Of a stretch of DNA of 64,000 nt, positions 53,395 through 64,000 are shown in pieces. Under the pieces are notes generated by a model, which was not told the DNA's origin, did not search any database, and worked only from the letters and a program-made list of their open reading frames with translations. The position numbers and the translations under genes are program-made. Within the stretch, counting starts at the first letter, position 1, and every line of letters starts with the position of its first letter. Source of the stretch: Camelus dromedarius (taxonomy: Eukaryota); assembly GCF_036321535.1 (NCBI RefSeq), contig NC_087436.1:88414001-88478000 (forward strand), written 5' to 3'.

Positions 53395-53945
53395 TTAGCA
53401 ACATTCAACAGACAATTACATTGTGCTACACTAGGCACTAAGGATACTGTAGTGAGCAAAGTAGACACAGACCCAGCCCTCCAACAGCTTAGTGGGGGCT
53501 TCTGTAGCAGACAGGTGGTGATGGTATATATGAGTAGGTGCTGTGGGGGGAGGGCAGTGTGTGTGTCTGTGTGCACCTGTGTGTCTGTGTGTGTGGTGGG
53601 GTGGGGGCTGAGTTAGTCATTAATGTTGTCTAGTGACATCCAAGCTGAGACCTGATGGGTGAGGCAGGCAAACGTTGAGGGGACGGGAAAGCGTGTTTCC
53701 TTTCCAGGAAACTGCCTGGACCCAGAAACGAGGGAGGATATGGTGAACTGACAAAAGTGTATTTCAGCAGGACTGTAGACTGGGAGAGACGTGGTGAAGG
53801 GAGGGGAGAGAAGCCTGAGAGATAAAAGTGGAAGACAGATCATCTCAATGTCAAGGAATCTAAGCTTTATTTTAAGAGCAGCAGGAGTTCTCTTGAAAGG
53901 GTTTTTAGCAAGAGATCTGTGTTTTAGAAGGATATCTAAAGTAGA
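53395..53945 (+). mobile_element. L2 fragment read in the opposite orientation to the other listed L2 copies
   Basis: 'cactaggcactaaggatactgtagtgagcaaa', 'ttgaaagggtttttagcaagag'; strand assignment uncertain. Confidence 0.5.
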
Positions 53946-54266
53946 ATTTGTGCATACTTTATAAGTCAAGTTTATTTACTTTTAGAGGTGTAAGTCCTCT
54001 AGACATTTGCTGGTTTACACCAACAGCAGGGACAAAAAGCAGTAGCTAGCTAATAGTTATCTTAAGACTTTTAACTATTGGCAAATGGAGGTGATAAATG
54101 TTCTCTCTCACAGTCTCATGCAAGGGAGCCAAGTGTGTAATCAGTGACTACTTTAAAACTTGGATCTGTTAATGTGAAAAGCAAACCTAAGAAGAATATA
54201 AGGGAAAACAAAACTCGTGCAGAGAATAAAGGGGCCATATGTAGGGACCCTGCAGTTACCTGGTAG

Positions 54267-54476
<210 letters not shown>

Positions 54477-54732
54477 TGAGCCGTTAAAGCCTATTTCAGA
54501 TATAAGGGAGTAATTAAAATTGATTAGACGTTGTGATGAATTCTTCCTTGAGCAGTTTTATATTGTAGCTAATTGTAGAGTGTGATTTAAAATGATTGCA
54601 TACTAAAGAAATGATATATACAAAGAAAAATCAGAAATAATATCAACTCTAAAAAAGCCCTGACCTCAAGACATGAGTTACTCTTACTGTATGTGGTACA
54701 TGCTGCATTTCTGTGGTTTATTTCCTTGGTAC

Positions 54733-55228
54733 TGACAAAGATTCTTTGCTTGACCCAACTTTAGTCAAGCCCCTGAACCATCTCCTAGGCCCATCTGTAC
54801 ACTTTCTTTTAAAATATGGTTTCAGCAAGAACCCTGCTAAGTCAGTTTAACCAGAACCCCTTACCCTCAAGCTCTTGATATCTGAGCATCCTCAGTATCT
54901 GGTCAGGTTCTCCATCTTCCACTGTCCTCCAGATGAAGTCTGGTCACCCTGGCTTGTCCTCAGTAAGAATCTCAATAGTCTGGTTTAGATAATCCATCCC
55001 CCCACCTCGTGTTGATGTTCCTTTTAGTAATTTTCCATCCACTGATCCCCACCTTTCTTCGTGGCTGTAAATTCCCATTTGCCCACAGCTGTGTTTGGAG
55101 TTGAGCCCATCTTCCCTGCTCCACCCCCGACTCTAAAATCCCATTGCAGTGGTCCCTATACCTGTCACAGTGGTCCTAAATAAAGTCTGCCACATCATCT
55201 TTTATTGGGTATTTTGTCTTCTTTAACA
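54733..55228 (+). mobile_element. MER31-like ERV1 solo LTR, sense to TEC
   Basis: tgacaaagattc...tttaaca ends, TSD gtac/gcac, AATAAA at 55179-55184. Confidence 0.78.
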
Positions 55229-55619
55229 GCACTAACCTAAAATCCAGTACATGTCAACGTCACCGTTGTCACAGAAGCTGCCAACAAGCAGCATAGGTTT
55301 AGTCTATGTTACAGGCTTCAAAAGACTAGAGTACTCGTGTCCCAGATGCTTCCAATCTTCCCGAACTCTGCTCCACTTACCCCAGAGTGGGAATACACCA
55401 AACACCGAGATCAAAACCGCAGACCACATTTACGCCCATTGAGGCTGCACAGGATGAGACAGAAAGATTTCTAGCCTTAGACTTCAAAGATGTAACCAAG
55501 AAGGAGTTAGCCGAGTGTCCAACCCAATTTATGGGAAATTAACTTTTGAAATTTTATCAGAGGCTTTTGCAGAGTCTGTTGCTATTTGTGACTTGGTTCA
55601 CTCTTCTCAGATAATGATA

Positions 55620-56005
55620 GAACGATTACTGAGACATAAATTACACACCATAAAGTTCATCCATTTAATGTGCACAACTCAGCTGTCTGTAAATTAGTAT
55701 ATTGACAGAGTTGTGCCAACTATCACCATAATCTAAGATCATTTTCACCATCCCCCGCAAAGAAATTTTGAGCCCATTAGCAGTCCATTAGCAGTGGGAA
55801 AAAAAACCAGACACCAGGAACAGAACCAGAAGCCGCATTTATGTCCATTTGGGTTGTTTCCATATTTTGACTATCATAAGTAATGCTGCTATGAACATTT
55901 GTGTACAAGTTTTTGCATGGAAACATGTTTCATTCCTCTTGAGTTCTTACCTTGAATAGATTTGCCGGATCATATAGTAACTCTGTGTTAAACATTTGAG
56001 AAACT
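55620..56005 (-). mobile_element. Old L1M 3' fragments
   Basis: 'acagagttgtgccaactatcacc', 'gctgctatgaacatttgtgtacaagttttt'. Confidence 0.7.
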
Positions 56006-56752
56006 AGTTTCGTATCAGTTTATCCTCCAAATAACCTTTTCCTTATCTCTTATTCTATTCTTTTTCAGTGTTCACATTCCCCTATTTCTTTCTTTTGTCC
56101 TTGTAAGAATTTTATGCTTCACCATTATCTCCATTCATTTAAGAAACATGGATTAAGCACCTGCTGCATGCCAGGAGCTGTGCCGGGCTCTAGGGGGAGT
56201 ATGGTGAACTAGAAGGTATTGACCTTGTCTCTCCCAGGTCTTGCCATCTGGTGGGGGAGGCAGAGAAATGCATGATGGCTTGGAGTTACTATGAGATACG
56301 TTGTAATAGAGGAAATACGGAGTACTGTGGGTGCTTATAGGAGAGGTACCTGGGATTTCTTATTTAGTGCTGTAAGCAAGTTAACTTAAAGGATTTGATG
56401 TACCTCAATGATAGCCAGTAGCTGATATTCCCAGTCGTTAATATTGTAGAGCCCAAGTTTTTAATGCTAAGATTACTGAGCTATGTCAGGTGAATCACTT
56501 TAATTTTTAGTAGACTACTGTAATGCCATTTCATAATTCAGATCTCATACTAGAAAAGAACATGAAATAATAATTGATAATAACTGCTGGAAACCTTTTA
56601 ACATCTTTAAAAATGTTTGCAAAGACAGTATGCTAGCTTGGTGCCTGATAAACACCATATATATTTTTTAAAGACAATGTTGAATGAATAAAATGATACA
56701 TATTATTAAAATTTTTTGTGTTTCATAAAAATATGAAATTGTTAACTTAGAG

Positions 56753-57317
56753 AGTAGCAAAACCAAACAGGACTCTGTGGGGCCTTATTGGATACAAAAG
56801 CCCCTCCACGTTCCGTGTTTCTTGTTTATTAAAAAACAAAAGGCTTTAGTCTCCTAGGCCTTCCTTAAGTTCCAAAGAACAGCTCAAGCAGTTAATAATT
56901 AGAGTCACAGGACTCCAGAAGAGACACAGATGACAATCTGATGTGTATCTTTGAGCTGTTCTGCAGGAACTGAGCTCCCCACCCGGGTGGAGGATGGTGA
57001 CTACATGGTGGCCACAAGAGGTAGAACTTGGGCTGTTTGGAGTCAGGAGGTTGAAGACTGAGATTCCCAAAATATTACCCTGTTACCTCACCACCAGCCA
57101 ATCAGAAGAAGGTCCACCAGCTGATCACACACCTTGTGGCCCTCTCCCTCACACTGTCTTTAAAAACCTTTGCATGTAAGCCACTGGGGAGTGTTTTGAG
57201 TACAAGCTACCCGTTTGCCTTGCTTGGCCCTGCAGTAAACCTTTCTCTGCTCTGAACTCCGACGTTTCAGTTTGTTTGGCCTCACTTTGCATCAGGCACA
57301 TGGACTTGATTTCGACA
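56753..57317 (+). mobile_element. ERV1-class solo LTR, sense to TEC
   Basis: agag TSD, 3' ...gaca end, CCAAT (~57098), TATA-like tttaaaaa (~57159), poly(A)-signal position agtaaa (57234); 5' TG dinucleotide not intact. Confidence 0.75.
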
Positions 57318-57516
57318 AGAGTAGGATCATCTTCCTTCCTGCCTTCTTTTCTGATAATTTTTCTGCTAGCGTGTAGCACAGTGCTGTATGTACACACAGA
57401 GAATGAGCACTAAGTGAATAAATGGATGAACTTTGTAAGTGAGTTTCGAGTTTAGCACTTTTCCCCGAGGAATGATTAAGAGTGAATTCAACTGCAATGC
57501 TCCCTTTGACATCTAG

Positions 57517-57591
57517 GACTTGTCACGAGGCTGCGGTACCCAGTGAGCGCGAAGGAGAAGAGGGCACCCACCACTGCCGGATTCAGCTATG
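57517..57591 (+). CDS. TEC: TEC exon 12 (SH2 end and SH2-kinase linker), 75 nt: (G)[24 protein letters not shown]
   Basis: atctag acceptor, G|gtaact donor; [10 protein letters not shown] and APTTAG Tec-family motifs. Confidence 0.96.
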
Positions 57592-58115
57592 GTAACTCCG
57601 TTTGTAGTTGCCTGGTTAATTCTCCTCCAAAAGAACCCGTTATCACAAGGTCAATTTAGATGTGTAGAATTCCACAGAATGTAACTTATTTTAAAGTTTA
57701 TAGTGTGGGTTGTTGGATGATTATATTTATAGCTGTCGTAACCCTAGATTTTCTGTTTTCATCATTATTCATTATTGGACAGAAAACTGTCAGTGAAAAA
57801 TAAGCATTACCTTGTTACATCTAAAATAAATCAAAGCCTTTCCTGGTTCACACCGGCCTTACTGGCCACTCAGAGGAAAGTAAAGATGGAGTTAATAGAG
57901 ATATCCAACTTGATTGTCTTCGTTGCTTCTGGTAGAAGCCTTTTAAACAGGTTAAACTCTTTCCAACTTGAAAAAGAAACCTGATGGGGGAAGAGAGGTA
58001 AAGGAAGTTTTGGGTTTTTTTTAAGTACCTTTGACTTCCAAGCTTTGTTATTATTAGCCTATTACACAGCTTCGTCTTGCCTTCAGTTCACTTTGTGTGC
58101 ATTGTAACAGCTTAG

Positions 58116-58484
<369 letters not shown>

Positions 58485-58524
58485 TAAGTTTCTATGTTTT
58501 TTCCGGTTCCCCTTTTCGTGTTAA

Positions 58525-59016
<492 letters not shown>

Positions 59017-59534
59017 TAATTACATACACACCTGCATAAGTCATACATAACTACATAGGTACCATTTCCAAGTAAGTTACCATGATTAATATTTTATCTC
59101 CATAAGAATCCCATGAGAATCTAGTCATAAAAGATTTTCTGACCATCATTGTCTTATAGAAAATTAGCATCAGAGAAGTGAAATGACTTGCATATGATCA
59201 TAATTGAGGAAGTTAAGAGTTGACTCATCCTTTAACTAAATCCTAACCTTTTTTCATCTCACACACTATAAGCAGAAACTATCACAGAAATCCTTTGGTT
59301 CAATTCTTTATCTGTCAAATCACTGGGAAGAGACAGAGGTGCATGATAACTCTAGAAAATACCAGAAAAAGTAATCTTCTATTATTGATTCTTAATTATG
59401 ATGGAGACACTTCTCAATTTTTTCTCTGTCTCACTCTGTTTCCCTATCTCCTTCAGCCTTTCTCTTTTTCTTCTCTGCCTCTTGTTCCCAAATGTGTCTA
59501 TTTTCAATATGTTGGTAGAATCATTAGTCCCAGT

Positions 59535-62212
59535 TAAAGTACACATACTCTGTTATTAACTATAGTTATCATGCTATACCTTAGATCTTCAGAACGTATC
59601 TTGTAACTGAAATTCATATCCTTTGACCAATATCTCTGCATTTCCACCCACACCCAGCCCCTGGCAACCACCAGTATACTCTCTCTATGAGTTCCATTTT
59701 TTTCCCTTTTAGACTCCATATATAAATGATACCATATAGTATTTGTCATCTTCTTTCTGGCTTATTTCACTTAGTGTAATGTCTCCTAGGTTCATCCATG
59801 TTGTTGCAGCTGTTGGGATTTCCTTCTTTTTATGGTTGAATAATATTCCATTGTATATAGTATATATAACACATTGTCTTTATTTATTCACCCATTGATG
59901 GGCATTTAGGTTGTTTCCATATCTTGGCTATTGTGAATAATGCTGCTATGCATGTGGGAGTGCAGATATTTCTACAAGATACTAATTTTGTTTCCTTCAG
60001 ATATATACAAAATATGTATCCTTCAGATAAATTCAGAAGTGGGATTGCTGGATCATATGGCAGCTCTTTTTAATTTCTTAAGGACCCGCCATACTGTTTT
60101 TCATAGTGATGGCACCAATTTATACTGCCACCAATAATATACAAGGGTTCCTGCTTCTCCACCTTTTCTTTCTTGCCAGTGTTTATCTTGTATTTTTGTT
60201 GGCAGCCATCCTAACAGGTGTGAGGTGATAATCTCATTGATTGTAGTTTTGATCTGCATTTACCTGATGATCAGTGATGTTGAGCCCCTTTTCATGTACC
60301 TGTTGGCCATTTGTATGTCTTTTTTGATAAAAATGTGTATTCAGGCCCTCTGCCCATTTTTAAATCGGATTTTTTGCTTTTTGACTATTTTGTTGCATGT
60401 ATAAATATAATAATTTTAGACATTAACTGTCTATCAGATATATGGCTTACCAGTATTTTTTCCCATTCTGTAGATTGCCTTGCCATTTTGTTAATTGTTT
60501 CATTTGCTGTGAAGAAACTTTTTGTTTTATGTAGCCCTAAGTTATTTATTTTTGCTTTTGTGGCCTGTACTTTGGTGTCATATCCAAAGAAATCATTGCC
60601 AAGACAAGAAAGAGCTTTTTCTTTATGTTTTCTTCTGGCAGTTTTTATGGTTTCAGGTCTTCCATTTAAGTCTTTAATCAATTTCAAGTTAATTTTGTGT
60701 ATGATGTAAGGTTAGGATCTAGTTTCACTGTTTTGCATATGGATATTCAAATTTCCCAGCAGCATTTATTGAAGAGATTATCTTTTCCTCATTGTGTGTT
60801 CTTGGTGCCTGTGTCAGAGATTAGTTGACCATATATTAGCTGACCGTTTATTTTTGGGCTCTCTATTCTGTTTCATTAGCCTATGTCTCTGTTTTTGTGC
60901 CAGTATCATATTGTTTTGACTGCTGTAGCTTTGTAATTTAGTTCAAAATCAGGAAGTGTGATGCCTCCAGCTTTATTGTTCCTTTCCAGGATTGTTTGGC
61001 TATTCGGAGTCTTCTGTAGTTCCATATGAATTTTAGGATTGTTTTTTACATTTCTGTGAAAAATGGTGGTAGAATTTTGATAGGAATTGCATTAATCTGT
61101 ATATCATTTTAGGCATTTTAGGTAGCATGAAATTAAACAATTTTTTGCGTTTTTTTTTTTTTTTTTGGACTTTTTAACAATATTAATTCTTCTACTCCAT
61201 TAACACAGGATCTCTTTCCATTTATTTGTGTCTTCAGTTTCTTTCATCAATGTCTGATAGCTTTCAGAGGGCAGATGTTTTGCCTCCTTGGTTAAATTTA
61301 TTCCTATGTATGTTAATGTTTTTGATGCTATTGAAATTCACTTGCTTTCTTAATTTCTCTCAGTTATTTCATTGTCAGTGTATAGAAACACAGCCGATTT
61401 TTGTATGTTTGTATCCTGCAACTTCACTGAATTTTTTAATTTTAATAGCATTTTAGTGGACTCTTTAGAGTTTTCTATGTATAAGATAATGTCATCTGCA
61501 AACAGAGACAGTCTTACTTCTGTATTCCAATTTGGATGCCTTTTCTTTTCTTTTCTTTCTTTTCTCATCTAACTGCTTTGGCTAGGACTTTCAGTACTGT
61601 GTTGAATAGAAGTGACAAGAGTGGGCATTCTTGTCTTGTTTCTGATCTTGGAGGAAAAGCTTTTAGCTTTTCACCATTGAATATGTTGTTAGCTGTGGGC
61701 TTGTCATACATGATCTTCACTGTGTTGAGGTGCGTTCCTTCTATAACTAACTTGTTGAGAGTTTTTCATCATGAAAGAGTGTTGAATTTTGTCAAATGCC
61801 TTTTTTTTGTATCTACTGAGATGATCATATGATGTTTTATCCTTCATTCTATTAGTGTGGTGTATCAAATTTTGTTTTGCATATGTTGAACCATTTTTAT
61901 ATCCTGGGGATAAATACCAGTGGATCATGGTGTATGATCCTCTTCATGTGCTGTTGAATTCTGTTTGCTAATATTTTGTTGAGGATTTTTGCATCTGTGT
62001 TTATCAGGGATATTTAATTTTCTTTTCTTGTTAATGTCCTTATCTTGCGTTGGTGTTAGGGTAACTTTGATCTTGTGAAAAGAGGTTGGAAGTATATACT
62101 TCTTAAAATTTTTTGAAAGAGTTTGAGAACTCAGGTTTGATGTTAATTCTTCTTTAAATGTTTGGTAGAATTCACCAGTGAAGCCATCTGGTCCTGAGCT
62201 TTTCCTTCACAA
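59535..62212 (-). mobile_element. L1MA-type element, ~2.7 kb, degenerate ORF2 RT to 3' UTR
   Basis: Minus-strand ORF fragments containing LSLFADDIILYIEN, KAFDKIQH and STEWEKI. Confidence 0.93.
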
Positions 62213-63407
62213 GACTTTTAATGATCACATTTATGATTGGGACAAAGGACTTTGTAAAATAGAAGATGTGACATATATATATAAAACATTAATCATTGTT
62301 ATAACAGTAACTCTCTTTGTCATGTTGAAACTTGTAAACTAAGCACTTTCTTCCTTTTGCACTTTTAAAAGTTTTAAAACTGATGGAAATTGTCTACATA
62401 GTTATAACAGATTACACCTGTCTGCACATACCACATCTAGGTGAAAGCAGTTTTGATATGTTTGTGTCTGTGATACTGACATCATTATGGTAGGTTTTCG
62501 TCATCCCTTAAGGGAAGATTCTGATGCTTCTATCTCCTGGGTGAAGAATCCTGGTGACCATCAAGTAAAGGCATTATGGGGTGTCTTTATAGGAAGATGG
62601 AAGTAATCCAGGGAATGGGTGTTAATTCTCACTTTAGAAAAGACTCTTAAAATGCACTCAGCCGTAAGTAACCTCATATAAATGCAATTTGCCACATACA
62701 GAGAATAAAATTCTGAAGCATCAGGAAGAAAAATACATTCTTAGTCCATAGATAATGTCATTAAAAGTATTATCATGTCTTGTTCCAAACTTTTTTTTTT
62801 GACCCTTATAACCTTAAAGAATGGGCAAGAAAATATAAATAATCCAGAATTGTATTTGACCAATTTAGTATATCATGTTATAATATACTGGAAACATTAC
62901 AAATGACAAAGGAAACCATGTTACACATGGCTGTTCTTTTGACTGTCTGAGATTGGGAAGACCAGTCACTGAGCAAGGTCACTGGGTAAAAGATTGTTCA
63001 CTCTTCACTTTGATGGTTGTGTGTTACTAAGCTTGCTTAGTAAGAACCTGGATGAAGGACTTTGAGAAGTTGTCACTATCAATAAGAAAATCAGATAGTT
63101 TAATAAGAATAGAAATGGGGGGGGCAAGAAGCTGGTTGACCTTCTGTTAGTCCTCATGTACGTGTAACAATTGGCAAAGATTACGTAATAATGCCTTTTT
63201 GCACATAAGAGTTTTGACCTGTCTTTCTACCCATTTTTTCAAATACATGTTGAAGACATTTTCATAGGGGTAAAAAAAATTTATAAAGATACACCTCTGC
63301 AGATGTTGACTGGGTTGAACTAAATTTAATATAAACCGAGCTTACATTTTTTCTATGTTCTTTGGGCAGCTTTGTAACAAATATATTGTTGTAATGTTGT
63401 TTTCCAG

Positions 63408-63472
63408 GCTGCCAGAAATTGTCTAGTAAATGAGGCGGGAATTGTGAAAGTATCTGATTTTGGAATGGCCAG
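63408..63472 (+). CDS. TEC: TEC exon 15 (kinase catalytic loop and DFG), 65 nt: [21 protein letters not shown](R)
   Basis: tttccag acceptor, AG|gtaagg donor; AARN and DFG motifs. Confidence 0.97.
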
Positions 63473-64000
63473 GTAAGGCTGACTATATATAAACATTTTC
63501 TATAAATTTTGGGTTAAATGAATGTAAGGCTGTGACCTTTCCCTTAAAAGTACAGAAAGCCTGATTTTTTTCTTTGCAGTTTGACTGTGTCAACTTCTTC
63601 CTCTGAAGCTTATTAAAGAGCTGTTTTTAAACATCTTTTGTCCCGTTGGCAAAACAGTAGTAGGACCTGTCATTTTCGCATGGGTGAACTAACTGATTTT
63701 TCTGCTTCTTAGCGTTTTTGATTTAAGGTTAGAAAATAAATTAGATCATATTTTGAAAGATTTCTATGCTGAATTTGTCTTTTTACTATTAGCTTTGGCT
63801 TTTTCTTAGGTAAGCTTGAGAAATTGTGATTACTTAATGCTTCATTATGTGGCTTTAGGTGATATTCACATTAGTTTAGAGGACTGATGAGCATGGAAGT
63901 AATCTGCACTGATGAAGCGGAAAGGAAATCATGTTAGCTGTTTTGAGATAGATAAATATACTAAAATAACAAAGTATACACTATGTTAATCATTGTTAAT

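Overview
Mammalian (eutherian) genomic DNA, most likely a camelid because it carries Vic-1-type tRNA-derived SINEs. The window lies entirely inside the TEC non-receptor tyrosine kinase gene on the + strand. Bases 1-35465 are the distal part of a long intron (intron 2 by human numbering). Thirteen coding exons follow (3-15: PH C-terminal half, Btk/TH motif, proline-rich region, SH3, SH2 and the kinase domain through the DFG motif). All have canonical AG/GT ends and compatible phases, so the gene looks intact. The start-codon exon and the last exons fall outside the window. The rest is intronic and rich in transposons (L1, L2, MIR, Vic-1 SINEs, ERV/MaLR solo LTRs, DNA transposon relics, microsatellites). 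Nearly all ORFs in the supplied track are spurious or L1 debris. I see no clear novel biological system. The best second-look items are: a 2-aa insertion breaking the first SH3-binding proline motif; two sense-oriented LTRs in the intron just upstream of the SH2-end/linker and kinase exons; a twin-primed inverted L1 with a possible 3' transduction; and an inverted Vic-1 pair downstream of the alternatively spliced SH3 exon. Comparisons with human/mouse TEC and repeat family names are from memory, not database searches, and repeat boundaries are approximate unless TSDs are given.
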